Assembly: GCA_963693365.1 (NCBI GenBank) | Contig: CAVNZM010000005.1 | Coordinates: 3,471,716 to 3,535,715, forward strand | Length of the DNA stretch: 64,000 nucleotides | Direction of reading: 5' to 3' | DNA from: Amoebidium appalachense | Taxonomy: Eukaryota > Protista > Ichthyosporea | Shown: positions 43,615 to 57,426 of the stretch, in pieces | How positions within the stretch are numbered: position 1 is the first letter of the stretch | Layout of the letters: every line of letters starts with the position of its first letter | Translations under genes and position numbers: made by a program | Notes under the pieces: model-generated | Told to the model about the DNA's origin: nothing | Seen by the model: only the letters and a program-made list of their open reading frames with translations | Database searches by the model: none

Positions 43615-44564
43615 TAATCAGGAGTCATGGGGCGAGTGGCCGAGCGAGACCGAAGTTATTTCGGCGAGCCGTCGGTTATTTTGGCGAGCCGATAGGCGAG
43701 CCAAAATAATCGTCAAGGCGAGCCGAAATAACGAGGTCGAGCGAGGACACGAGCCGACATGATCCGGTTACGATATGACCCATAAAGATTTAGCATTCAC
43801 TTTATTGATACATTATGCAAACTTTAACTCGGTTATTTGATTCATACATCATTACATTCACATTTCAGGCTCATTTTCCTAGTGATCGCTTTGATTGGCT
43901 AGCAGCGCACTCACCCATTAACCCGGTTATTCGATTCCTCTAACCCAATAGAAATGTCCATAGCCTGGTTATTTCGGTGAGTGCGCTCTAGGCCAATCAC
44001 GGCAAGACTAACTGAAGTTAAAGGTCGTGTCGTCATCCAATCAGATCACACCCCGACGCTCGGAATATCGTAACCCAGGTTACGATATATTCCGAGCGTC
44101 GGGGTGTGATCTGATTGGATGACGACACGACCTTTAACTTCAGTTAGTCTTGCCGTGATTGGCCTAGAGCGCATTGATTCATACATCATTACATTCACAT
44201 TTCAGGCTCATTTTCCTAGTGATCGCTTTGATTGGCTAGCAGCGCACTCACCCAGGGTTAATGGGTGAGTGCGCTGCTAGCCAATCAAAGCGATCACTAG
44301 GAAAATGAGCCTGAAATGTGAATGTAATGATGTATGAATCAAATAACCGAGTTAAAGTTTGCATAATGTATCAATAAAGTGAATGCTAAATCTTTATGGG
44401 TCATATCGTAACCGGATCATGTCGGCTCGTGTCCTCGCTCGACCTCGTTATTTCGGCTCGCCTTGACGATTATTTTGGCTCGCCTATCGGCTCGCCAAAA
44501 TAACCGACGGCTCGCCGAAATAACTTCGGTCTCGCTCGGCCACTCGCCCCATGACTCCTGATTA
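43615..44564. mobile_element. 950-bp nested palindromic (foldback) insertion in the LINE
   Basis: Apparently perfect 310-bp inverted arms (43615-43924, 44255-44564) with internal palindromes at 43982-44173 and 44174-44342. LINE RT coding sequence resumes on both sides. Confidence 0.88.
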
Positions 44565-47019
44565 GTGTGATGGGGCAAAATGATGATATGGGGGCCTTAG
44601 AGTCCTTCTTAACTATGGGGATCACTCAGGTATCTAACCAAGATGACGGGACATGTCCACATTTAACACACCAAGAAAAGAGAGAGCTTAACATGATAGT
44701 AAGATCAGGTTTAATAGCACGATCACTTTCCTTTGTGGGTAGGAGGGAACAAGGAACCCAGCAGGAAGTCCATCAGTCCCACAAGACTTACTAGAGCTAT
44801 AACATTAGGCAACACCGTACTGATCATTATCGCTTTTTGGGAGCTTTGGCAGGATATATTTCTCCTGCTGTACGTATGGATACAATACCACCCTAAGTCT
44901 GTATGGTACTCTGATGTTGATATTGCCTGGGAAGTTGTGCAGTGGCGTTGTAATTTTTGTTTTCATCGCTGCTGGTGCCACTTTTGTGCTGAATATTTTA
45001 TTCGCAAGCATGTTGATAGGTGTGAGTTTTTATGCCGCGTTTTACCTCTTTCCCTACGGGTGTCTGCTACACTGGCTGGCAATGTGACCACTTTAGACTT
45101 TTTGTTGAATTCTGTTGGTCGTCACATTGAGTATTTATATGATTTTCACACAGTGTTCAGGTATCTCAGGACGCACTTGTTACTGGATAATTCGTGAATT
45201 TTTTTTTTTATTGTCTTCTCAGTATGCCGTGCATATTGCATATCTTTCCGTCGAATAAATCCAGTCAAAAGAAAAAAAAAAATCTTATCAGAGTCTATGA
45301 GGGGGTCTCCACTCTCCAGTGGTATCATCAATGATACGAGCAGGGGGGCCAAATCGATTCATACTAGCAAGCCGGCGCAAGCTTTCCTTTTGCAATTGAG
45401 ACATGGGATGCAGGGGCTCACCAGGTTGTAGTCTAGCGGGAGTGGTGTTTGGTAACAAGAGAGCATCGGGATATTCCTTCCTACCACCACCAGCATAATC
45501 ACCGAGATCTATCAAATCATCAACAAAAAAGTTAGTGCATGTATCTAGTACGAGATATCGATGTGAATCTGGTCTGGCTTGTGCAGATTCTAATAGGCGC
45601 ATATATATAGGGTATTTCGTTGCATAGCATACACATACATCAACTCTACCCCACTGTGACTTGAGCTGGGATAGACGGAGGCGAAAGGTGGGAGGAGGAG
45701 GGGGGAGCAGATCAAGGGAGATCTTAGGTAGGAATAGGATAGGAGAGTGGTCAGATGACCTGGAGAGGTTAGGAGGGAAGGAGAGTTTTGACATGGTTGA
45801 TGGCCAAAAGGCCACTCCCCAGTCGGTGTTGTGGGCATGGGATATTTGAGGGAACCTTTGAAAGTGTGACTTTGGACATACCTTGCTAAAGGGATAGCGC
45901 GCTCCGGGGGCTTAGATGGGTACCCGACACTCACTTGCAGTGTTGTGTCTGTGTGGTGCCAGAGTCGCGTGTAAAATCACCTAAAATAACAGTGGCCCAT
46001 GGTAACTGTGACAACTCGTGAGTCAATTCGGCAACCAACATAGATGGTGGGTAATATATACAAAAGTAAAAACATTAGAAAGAAACTCTATAGAAACCGA
46101 GAATTCCGCTTTTGCTACCGGTTTGCACTTCCGCACTCACGTGTGGCGCGGCAAGTACAATAATGCCTCGGTTTTTCGCGTAACCGGGGTACCGGTGTGT
46201 GGATGTATCGACCAATGTAGAGTTGAATTTGTGGTGGTTTTTAAACTGTGTTTCGCAAATCACTGTAAACGTGTGGTTGTTTGTCTGTTGTTGTATGTAG
46301 CTGATTTTATCGTCGAGTGTCCCGGGGGGGACGCCCTTTTGGGGGCCCAGTGTCCGAGCATTCCAGAAGAAGGACATATATTTTAGAGAAAAACTACACT
46401 ACAGCGCAGGGCATAACCTTATTTTTCTTTCCCAGACTGCCACGGATGCCATGATCATGACTCGGCCCTGATCATCATACAAACGTCATCACGGCCTGCT
46501 GCATGCCAAGAAGTGTGGAATTCCGGCACCACTTCCACGCTTCCCGTGATCGCAGCTGTGTGGTATATATGTAAATGACACGTGTATGTTGGCTTATTAT
46601 ATACGGGTTACAATGCTTTTCAAAACACGAGTTTCTTTATTGTGCTCCATTCTTATAGTTGCCATGGAATGGTAGGGCCCGCCTAAAACAATCATTTGAT
46701 CATGAGTGCGTCAAGTGCGTCTTCCGCGCGCGCCAATCAGATGCGGCCAATGACACAGATTTACTGTCTTCAAACCAGTCACAGAGACTGTAAACAGAAA
46801 CGACATGCACACAACTTAAATAACCTGTACACAAAAACACTTATATATGTGGGAGTATTGTGTAGCAGAAGTTTATAGCACGACCTGCTTGGTAATTATT
46901 TGCAACTTGAATGTTACTACGTTTGCATGCTAGCACGGTGCACCCGTTGAAAGCATTCCAACATGCTCCGGGAAAACGAGAAGCGGCCCAGGGGCCGGAT
47001 ATATGTGCAATCTAGAGAG

Positions 47020-48474
47020 TCGATCGCGAGCATGTTGTGAGAGACTATGATCCTATCTCCGTGACTCCAGACTACAGACTGACCGACACCGCGGTCTGTC
47101 CGATCCTTTATTTGCCGGGATAATCAAGAGTGTCGGGATATCTGCCAATCCGGATATTCTTTCCGACCGTACATCCCCCCCCGCCAGAATGCTTCGTCCC
47201 TGAGCTTACCGGAGAGATGATGTGTTGCCAATTTTTTTTTGGCATGTGTGCTTTGTGCACTTTCTGTTGCAACTAAATGTGCACTTTCTGTTGCAACTAA
47301 ATCTGTTCAATGCAATGAGAGTGGCGAGTGCGGTTTTTGTACAGGGAGTCGCACTGTTCCCTGGGTTTCGAGAAGGGAAACACTCTCAGAAAACTCCTCA
47401 GGGCCTTTTACATTTCCTTAGCCCCATGTGTGCTTGTGCGCGCGGACCAAGGCCTCCTAAATAGCACACCGGGTGTGCTATTTAGGAGGCCTTGGCGCGG
47501 ACAAACCATATGGGTAATAGCTCAGCTAGCCACCAAAGAGCGGGTGTGTATACGATTCTATGGCTTGTCTCTTGTATGACTCATTCCATGTTGTGTCCGT
47601 GGTAATGGCTGACTGAGTGCATTGCAGGCATGTGGAACGGACATTTGTGCTTTCAGTGAAGCACACGTGAATTCAAGCGTGCAGCGGTTGTTGCGTTCGC
47701 ACCTAACACTTACACGTCGCGCCTTTACATTTGCATCGTTAAGTCATTGGAAGTTATACGTTTTGTTTGTGCATACTGTGAGGCGCCAGTTGGGGTCGTC
47801 CTTCACAGCTGCGTAACGCTTTTGTGCGTTTCTAAGACTTCTTTTGTCTTTTCAACGCTCGTGCAAGTACGTTTCATGAAAAGCATCAGTTGTTCACGCA
47901 ACAATACAATGTGCTGGCATGGTTTTTTATGTAGTCATTGTAAAGATTATTCAACGGTTACCAGCTATTTTCGTTTTTGCATGCGCATGTGTCTCATGCG
48001 ATTCTCGTTTTGTAAGTGTACGTATCTCGTGCGTGACCGTACTGTATAACGTTATGCAGTTATTGCAGTAGGCCGTGTATAGTGGAATGGTCAGTCAGTG
48101 CAGAGTGCTCATGGGTAAGCAGAGAGATCGAGTGCTGCAGCCATGATTTTGAAGTGCAGATCTTGAGGTCGTTGGTGTGGAAGCGTCTTTTGGCGTTGTT
48201 GCTGGGCGGTGTGCCGTCACGTAGGGTGGGCGGGTGGGTTTTAAGGTTGCAGAACCTTTCCATTTAAACTCTGGCTACCATCGACTATGGAGAGACCATG
48301 ATCCCATCTCCTTGACTCCGAGACTACAGTAGTCTGGACTCCGACCGGTGTTTCTAGATGGCCGTGACTCCGACTGACCGACACCACGGTCTGTCCGACT
48401 CCAATCCTTTATTTGCCGGGATAAACAAGAGTGTCGGGATATCCGCCAATCCGGATATTCTTTCCGACCGTACA
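47020..48474 (-). mobile_element. Second small non-coding LTR retrotransposon, older relative of 33615-34886
   Basis: Diverged LTRs ~47020-47173 and 48281-48474; PBS TGGTAGCCAGAG; PPT GCGGGGGGGGA. Internal blocks are colinear with the 33.8-34.7 kb element (GCTTCGT.CCTGA, CGCCTTTACA, TGCAAGT.CGT.TCAT). The left boundary and TSD are unclear. Confidence 0.8.
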
Positions 48475-50454
48475 TCCTGAAAGACCGGCCAAGAAATCGG
48501 AAGGGAAAAAGATCACTTTCCGATACTAGTATGAAAATAGTAAGAACTTGTTAAATTTGTTATATAAACTTTGAAAGGCCGATACCTATGGAGAGGTGTT
48601 TTCTTCGCGCTTACTGTACATACAAACGTCGGACCAAACGACAGTTCAAAAACGCACCAGCTCTGAGCATATTATATACCCCCCCCCGGCAAAAAAGTCC
48701 CTCCGCGGCCGTCTTTTTGCTTTTTAATTTTATAAAAAGGCCATATTGCTTAGAATTTTTTTTGGCATCACAATATATGCAAAATACATAACACTAAGGT
48801 CCTTAAACTTATTTTCACGGCGATAAGTAAGTATGTTGCTGCCCGGCTGCCGCGGCGCCGCTTGCCCCGGCTTTTGAAAACCTCGTTAAAGGGGCAATGA
48901 CAGGTGAAAGCAGTATTCGGAAAGGTTTACACCGGAACTTGTGCCGAGTAAAAGAGGGCGCATGGCAATGCTTTGGTGTTCGACCTCAAATAAATGAAAT
49001 AAAATGTTTAATATGCAGCACCAGGAAACTCTAGGTAATCCTATTAATTTACATCAAATTTCACTCGACGAGCCGAAGTTCTCTACGCGCACTCATTTGT
49101 TCGCGCTGATCATAAAAATACGGCGTGTTCATCTGGTTCCATTCGACTGTCCGCCGTTACAATAGATTATTTTGCCGTCCTCTGAGATGACTTAGCAATA
49201 AGGGAAAGGCTGCTGATTGGTTAAAGGATAACCGGATCGACTCTCCCAAAACTTTTCTTTTGTCTCTTCCACACACGCAACCTGGATATTGTGATAGACG
49301 TTATTGATAAAGATTGAAAGTTAGAATATCAGATTTAAAATGACCTAAACAGTTTAGTCTAATAAATATTTGAATTATGTTTAGTTAAATAAATGAGCGA
49401 AAATGGAGTTTTCTATCTACAAGTTGAGTTATGTTAATTCGGCTCGCTTAATTGATTCAAAGGAAATCATCGAGACGAGAACATCAATAAAGTCATTATA
49501 GAAAAAAGGAAATCATCTGCCTTACTCTCTGCACACCCCGAACACTAGAGTGCCAGGGGATTCGCGGATTGGCCGGGTCCAATGGTTAAGCGAATTTCAA
49601 AGATGTTGATAGTCTAAACGGAATTATCAATTTTCAGCAGCCAGAATGGATAACATAGCTGCTTATTGCGAGTATCCGACTGTATGACCATAAGATTACG
49701 GTTTGGCTGAACCGTGCGTAGATATATAGAAAAATATATATGTTTAAATGTTATTATTTTTGTAATCTTTCACACTTAATCTTTTCTTTCTTCAGGTAGT
49801 ACTTCTTTGGGTGTCTATTTACCGGTAGGGTGTATATCGTGACGGAAACTTTGAACAGGAAATATATGAGATACAAATGAGAAATTATAGAACCTTAGAT
49901 TATGTGATAGCAGTATCACAACATGTCTTTCCGTGTAATCGCTTTTTGGTTATCTGGGTGTGTGACGTTCATTTTGCAAATGCTAGTGGACGACATATTA
50001 TGCCCCCTCAATTCTTCGGTTCGGTAACTTCGGTTCATCATTCATCCTTTTGTTTTTTCTTTGTGTGCCACGATTTGTGGAGCTTTTGAGAGCAAAAAAA
50101 TTGTTGAATGCTTAGAAGCAAGGCGCATATTTCAATACACACGGTCACGCCTGCATTGTAGCCTATGTTTACCCTTACGAAGTTACTGTGTGCACACTTT
50201 TTAGGTTTCGTTCACAGAAGCCGGGTACCTGGTTAGCAATATGCGTATTAGTGTGCTTGCAAATAATACAGCATTTCGATAGCAACGTTGAACGGTGCAG
50301 TTTTGGAACATTCTGTTTGTTTGTCAACAGCAGCAATTTACCCGACCCAAGCACATTAACCTTTCGCTTGCTGTCGGCTACGACTTACCTATCTAGTTCT
50401 TTATCATATGTTCTCTCACACACAGCACGCCAACTGCAACACACGCAAGCCCAC

Positions 50455-52196
50455 ATGATGGAGGTAGACACGTTAATGATGCCCTCAGCGGACATACCGC
50501 GGGCAGGAAACATGCGCACTAGCTCGTTTTCTATCACCCGGCTGCTTGACCAAGAGCCAGAGCCAATGAGCTTTGAGCCCCACCGTAGATGGAGTGCTGA
50601 CCGGTACCCAACCCATGGTGAAGACCCACACAGTAACGAAAAAGGAGCCATGTTGTTAAAGGCGGTCCGGGATGGGGAGTATGATCATGTTGTAAGGTTG
50701 CTCGATGAAGGTGCGCCGATAAACTACGTAGACGCAGAGGGTTGGACGGCGCTTCATTTTGCCGCAACCACTGGCAACGCAAATTTGTGTAATGTTCTGT
50801 GTGAGAGAGGGTCAAACCCCACCCTTCGCAACTCACAGTATGAGACACCCATAGATGTAGCGCTAGCGTACGGAAACACACCGTGTGTCAGTGTTATCTC
50901 GGCACACTGGCAACCCAGCGCTCGTGCCAGCGTTGCACACAGACCGGCATTTTTGCACGCTTCTGGATCGCGCTCTAGTTCGGAGGAACACATCGAACGA
51001 GGTTCGGATGATACTTTGACTCTTCCAAACAGCGGAAGGCGGCTGTCACCAACTAGTCCAGGCAGGCAGGAATATGGCCCACCCCCCTATTACGGCCACA
51101 CGCAGACCTCCCCATCCTTACCAAAGCAACAGGCAGGCCGTGCGCGGTCGGAAATGTCAGTCGACGAACAACCGGGCTGGCACGCAAACTACATAGACCC
51201 CCAGGCGGCGCATGTTCCACTGAAAAAGCGGAGCGCATCTCTGCAAATTGTTCACACGAATGGCCACACTTTGTTGCCGGAGGCCACAGACTATTATTAC
51301 AGACAGATGTCTACGTCGCCTCGGGCACGTGTTGTTGAGGATGATTATGAGAGTGAGTGGGGAAGGAACGAATATGGAAACTCGGAGCAGTATGTAGCGA
51401 GGAATAGTGCGGGTGACGCTCGCAAGGCCTCCCCGTATGCACGGCCTCAAGCAAGCATGCACGGAGGCCACGTGCGAGAGCCCGACACCCAGGTGTTTTC
51501 GTATGGAGCCGACCAGCAAAACCCACACACGTCGCCACGCAACGTACAAAATGAGATACCTCTGCGGCGTGAGATGTTTAGCTACGGTCCTTCTCCGCAC
51601 TCGTATCATTACATGCCCGCAGCGCCGGCGCAGGAAGTAGAGCAGGCGTTTAATTTTATCGATTCGTACAAGCGCGAAAGCTCGCCCACGCCAGCACGCG
51701 AAACATATGCCTCGAGGAGCGAGCAGCGCAAACCTGTTCTTGGCTCGGATACGCGTGAAGGAGAGTACAGGGAGGGACACTCGTTGGCCAAAGCAACACA
51801 GAGTCTCCAGCTTCCTAGAACGGGCGGTGGCAAAGCCAAGCGTACGCCGTCATCACGTGCACAACGAAAGGCCACGTCACCAACAGAAACTTCCGGCCCG
51901 TTGACACCCCCAGCAGACGGTGAGGAGGGTGAACATGGGGAGGCAGGGCAGACGATGTCTGCCCCGGTGGGCGAGAGCAAGCCGAGGATTGATCGCAAGT
52001 GCGGGGAGTGTGGCACAACGGACACGGTGAGTGATTTTTGGTTTACCGCACAAACACAACTACCACAGTATGGCTTGAGTGCTGTATAGTTGGTTAGAAG
52101 GACCCATCAAACAGACGTCTCATCTCTTTCTCTGTCCCTCACATTCTCTGTTTTCCTGTCTCCTTGTCTTCCCCCCCCCCCCCCCCCCCACCCACC

Positions 52197-52228
<32 letters not shown>

Positions 52229-52635
52229 ACCACACCCACCACCACCCACCCACCCACGTCTAACCCCCCAAACCGCCCTTCCGCACACACAGGGGGAAAA
52301 AAGGAGGGAAAAAATGGGGAAAAAAAAGAAAAGGGAAAGAAAAGGAAGTTGTATATCTTTGAAATGTGCTTCCAACTAATGTTTACATTTTTGTGCAGCC
52401 TCAATGGCGTGGCGGCCCAAATGGTGCGGCAACTCTCTGCAACGCTTGTGGGCTGAAATTCTTCCACATACAAAACCGTGAGAAGAAGAACGCACGGAGG
52501 CGCGAGAAGTACATGATGCAGAAGGCCTTGAAACAGACGGCAAAGGACCGGACCCTGTCCGGGGGATATGGGGACATAGCCATGGTTATGAGGAGGGAGT
52601 CTGCACCTGTCTTGGGTCAGTACCATTACCATTAG
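50455..52635 (+). CDS. Ankyrin-repeat + C-terminal GATA zinc-finger transcription factor (~600 aa)
   Basis: Exons 50455-52026 and 52399-52635 (GT-AG, phase 0). Ankyrin repeats (LLKAVRDG.., GWTALHFAA.., ETPIDVA); spliced finger [28 protein letters not shown] followed by a basic tail. Confidence 0.92.
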
Positions 52636-52662
52636 TGGCACGTGACACACACACACACACAC

Positions 52663-52702
<40 letters not shown>

Positions 52703-54281
52703 TCTCTCTCCCTCCCTCCCTCTCCCTCTCCCTCTCTCTCTCCCTCTTTGCGCTAGTGGTAGACGACACGGACTACAGGCACACTTACACGTGCACGTTC
52801 CACACGAATGCACATACAAACACACCGTGTGGTTGAGGGCTGAACCAAGTCATTGTTGATTTCTGCTAAACGTAGAGGCATAATGAACATGGCACACACG
52901 GAGCCATGTCAGCCTGTGCTTGAAACATCAGGGAATCTATCTCCCTCTCAAATTCATGAAATGTATCCACGAAAATATATGATGCAAGAATGTTGTTTTA
53001 ATTGTCTGGATGAGTTGGTATTTTTTGTATTTTTTGTATTTTTTGTTCTACCCAGGTTTGTGCTTTGAATATACAGGGACACCGTTGTCTTGGTTTTAGT
53101 GAAAGCGGGAAAGTGTACAATAAGGAATATTATAGGTGGTAGTGGTATGATACTCTAGCAAATAAAATATCAAGTTGCATGGATAAAAACAGAAAGTATT
53201 TGTCTGTTGCTCGTATTCACTGCTATTTGAAGCAATAATTATATATAGTCGTAGTGGACCATGTTTGGTCTCGGTGTTGGTCTGCAGGACAGGCCCAATA
53301 CAGATAACCGATGGCGCAATGCAAAATGCAGTCTGTGCACGCGTATTCAGCTACAGTGTGTGTTGCTTGCCATCGGCCGTTAGCCATGGTGATTGCTCAT
53401 GCTCTAGTGGTACATCATAATATTAGGGGGGGAGGGGGGGGGGGGGAGAGAGAGAGAGAGAGAAGGAGGGGGGATGTAAATGGGACACTTCCTTGCTTGT
53501 GGCGCTGAATAAACTTTACCATGTTGCACGCATTGATGTCGACTAACTTTTGCACAAAGGCAATGGTGTCCATGGTGATGGCACTGCCCTTTATATTTTG
53601 TATCCAGCAAGGCAGACTGGTGCACGGCCGGGGTTTTTTGCAACTTGCACCCCGTCAGCTGGCAGTCCGTGAAATCAAGTTGCGCAAATTTTGCGCATAA
53701 ATTTGCAGCCAATGGAAGCGCGGTGAGCAGTAACTGAGGCAGTGCGCGTGTGCCCGGGACAGTCAACAGTCACAGCTGAGTGTGGCGGCCGCTCAAAGGA
53801 TAAAGTGGGCTGTGTTTGTGTGTTTCATACAGCAAGCAGAGTAGGCACCAAGCTGAGCGTGTTAATCGTAGTGATTGAACGGTTTTAGTGTGGGCAAGTA
53901 CCGGTTTAAGTAATTAGCGCTTGGATGGTACTCTGAGTAAAGCGAGGGGAAAGGCTTTGCAGCAGGCAAAAGGAAGCGTGGCTGGGTTTGCTTACAGATC
54001 GAGCTTACCTCGCTCAACCTAAACCCCATATAGAAAGTAGTCTCTGAAATCCTCCTCAAGTCTTTAGCCGGATAAAAGCTAGCTTTTACGATAGGCCGAG
54101 TCAAGTTGCCATTCTTGCTCGCAGCTACACACCAAGGAAAATGGTAAGTGTTGTTATTCATGAGTCGTTGGTCACCCTCCACGAGTGATACCCTCTTTCC
54201 GTTCTCCCCCACCCCTCTCCCAACATACACACACAAACACACCTACACACACGCGCACACACATACACACGCCCACGCCCG

Positions 54282-54351
<70 letters not shown>

Positions 54352-54361
54352 CACACACACA

Positions 54362-54430
<69 letters not shown>

Positions 54431-54801
54431 GCACACGCGCGCATTCTGCATATATGCTTAGTAACTCTTGCTAGATGGTGCTACTGAAAACGGTTTCTGA
54501 CTTATCTTCTGGTGTTGCACATGCATCTGACGCTCCAAAACGCGGAGATACAGCACTACCCAGCTCGTGCAACCAGCCACATGGTTGCACGCCAATTTTA
54601 GAGTGCCCATTCTTGAACCAACATGCATGCACATGGGCACACACACCTGCACGGACAGATACTTATATACAGACACACGCCTGCACACACATAGATAGAT
54701 AGAGAGCAGAAGAGAGAGAGAGAGAGAGAGAGGAGGCAGAGAGGGGTGCGGAGGAAGAGAGAGAGAGAGGGAGAGAGAGAGGGAGAGAGAGAGAGAGAGA
54801 G

Positions 54802-54841
<40 letters not shown>

Positions 54842-55034
54842 GGGCCACCTCTTTCACTTCTCCCCCCTTCCTCCCTCCCTCCCTCCCCCCTTCCCTCCCT
54901 CCCTCCTCTCCCTCCCTCCCTCCCTCCCTCCCTCCCTCCCTCCCTCCCTCTCTTCCTCAAGTCTCTCTCTTTCTCAAGTCTCTCTCTCCCTTTCTCTCTC
55001 CTCTCTCTCTCTTTCTCTCTCTCTCGCACTGCGT

Positions 55035-55091
<57 letters not shown>

Positions 55092-55156
55092 CACACACAC
55101 AGAGAGAGAGAGAGCGAGAGAGAGAGAAAGAGAGAGAGAGGAGAGAGGAGAGAGGT

Positions 55157-55212
<56 letters not shown>

Positions 55213-55961
55213 AGACACACATTCGCACTCACACTCGCACACTCACGCACACATACAGGCGCAGGCACGCACAAGCGTTCTTAAGCACCCACATACTCTT
55301 CTTGTCGAAGTTCCACATCGTGAAGGATTAAATCCCCTCACCTTACCTGTTTTTTCAACCAAACGATATCCACTCTGCTACAATTCATGCTCCCTTCGTG
55401 TACAAGCTCCGGTCCCGTTCTTTGGGATACACGTTTGCCCTTTGGAACCTGCTTGCTTTACAATCCCTCCCCCCCCCCTCCCCCACCCCCCCCCCCCCCC
55501 CTCCCCTCCTACCTTCTTTCCCCCCCCCCTCCCCCCCCCCCCCCCCTCGGCCCCCCCCCCCCTTGGCCAAAACCGGTATACACTCTTCTCATCAGCAGGT
55601 CCCTAACCCACTCTGCAGAACGTTTTACGCATTTCTCCCCTTGGAGAACTTGGTCGTTGGTGCGTTTTTGTCTGATATCTAATGACTCTGCAGGGTCCCC
55701 TGAGACTACTGACACTCTAACATTCCCTCCCCTCTCTTACCTTCACCCCCCCCCCCCCCCCCCCCCCCCCTCCCCCTCCTCCTTCCCCTCCCGTTTACTC
55801 TGCACACTCCACAGGTCTTAAGCTCTGCACATCGTTAGTCACAATCTTCTCTCATATATGAGAGAATGATCGTATTGGTACGATTTGTCTAATATCTGAC
55901 GATTCTGCAGCATCCCTAAGACCCCCCTCCCCCTCCCCTCCCCCTCCACCCCCCCCCCCCC

Positions 55962-56003
<42 letters not shown>

Positions 56004-56023
56004 CTCTCTCTTTTTTTTTTTTT

Positions 56024-56917
56024 GGCGCCTGTTGTTTTGCTTGTCATTTGTTGTTCCGGTTGATTACCTGTAATCTTCGCTTATTTATGTGTGTGTGTGT
56101 GTGTGTATATGTATGTTGTGCGGGGTTGCACACACCGGTGTCTACTTTTCTTCTTACTGTTTTTCTCTCCACACACTTCATCTGTCCACTTCTGCATACC
56201 CCCTTTCATAGCTATAGACACACTTCACACATTGCGTTACGCGCACGCATGCACACACCGCTCTGTTGGCTACAGCTCCCTTGGAACCCATGCGGCATGT
56301 TACCCGCCGGCGTAACATAACTCGGACTATCGATTTGGCTTTTTTCATGCCCAAAACAATGGGTGATACCATATTCCCGGCTGACATCCGGGGGCATAAC
56401 TTTCCGTTCGAAGACGTTAAAGTTCCGCCCTAGTAAGCGTGTTACTACCCTGCGGCGTGGGTCAAATCTCATATTTTCTCCTCTGATTGCGAATTCTGCG
56501 GCCTTCGGGACTTAATTCTTTTCAGCTGGTGTAGTATGTTAGCCAGGGAAGTATCGACTTAGGTAGCGACGGGGGAGCTTCCTAGAAGCCCCGTCTCCTG
56601 AGTTCCTATCTATATTTTCTTGCTTCTGCTTACTGCTGCAACTTTAACCCCCGGCCTTTCCCACTGCCCTTGCCTACATAAGCAACCCTGCTCGTCTCTG
56701 ATCAAGACGGGTGACCTACCCATGTTCATGTGAAACAGTATCTGAGTTGGGTTTCGTTAACGAGGTGAATAGGTCGAAACTCGGGTACTGTGGATGACGT
56801 GGGCCCCCCCTGAGGATGGGCTCTGCTTATTATGCATACTCTTTATGTATTGGCTTGCATTCTGCATCGTGTTATCCGTTTGTTCTTGTGTACTTCGTAC
56901 TTTTTGACGCATTCAAA
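56024..56917. repeat. ~900-bp dispersed element, copy B
   Basis: Reverse complement of 2357-3252, preceded by a T-run. It lies upstream of the first confident mL40 exon, probably in intron 1. Confidence 0.92.
56677..56836 (+). ncRNA. Candidate structured intronic RNA, family copy
   Basis: Same stems as the copies at 2438-2600 and 59.3/59.7 kb. A degenerate copy lies at ~57786-57860. Confidence 0.5.
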
Positions 56918-57107
56918 CCCTCCCCCCCCCCCCCCCCCCCCCCTCAAAAACTCTAACTTAGCCCTTCTTGAGTACAAGCTCTGGTTATTGTGCATTCTCT
57001 TTGTGTGCTATCACTCTGCGTTTGCTGTCCGTTATGATATGATTTCGTTCACTGTTGTTTCTTGTCACTTTCTGTAAACCGTTGCCCCTTTCCCCTTCCC
57101 ACCTTCC

Positions 57108-57142
<35 letters not shown>

Positions 57143-57387
57143 TCCCCCCGTGCCCTTCACCTTCTCTGGTGCAGGCTTCATGCTTTTCGAAGAAAAAAAT
57201 ATTCGTTGTCACTTCTTACTGCTTTTGCTCCGGTCTCCCTACGGTTAGCTCCTCCAAGTAGCCTTGTAGTCTTGCTAATCGACTAGAAGGACTCCACTAT
57301 GCTGTTTTGTGGCAGCATCTGTGTGGTGTTGATGTGCTGCGTTGTGTTTTCTTCTAGACTTTTTATACTTGACACCGCGCTACACAT

Positions 57388-57426
<39 letters not shown>

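Noticed and set aside
47340-47405. Minus-strand CTGAGGAG...CGAAAC hammerhead-like core
   Set aside because: There is no NUH site or stem III partner, and it is not conserved in the homologous 33955-34030 motif.
50188-50454. N-terminal extension of the ankyrin-GATA ORF
   Set aside because: It starts at a non-ATG codon and spans a likely acceptor at ~50425, so it is treated as intron or 5' UTR.
53097-53573. Small two-exon minus-strand gene (MDTIAFVQKLVDINACNM...)
   Set aside because: Splice signals are plausible, but the peptide is short with no recognisable similarity.
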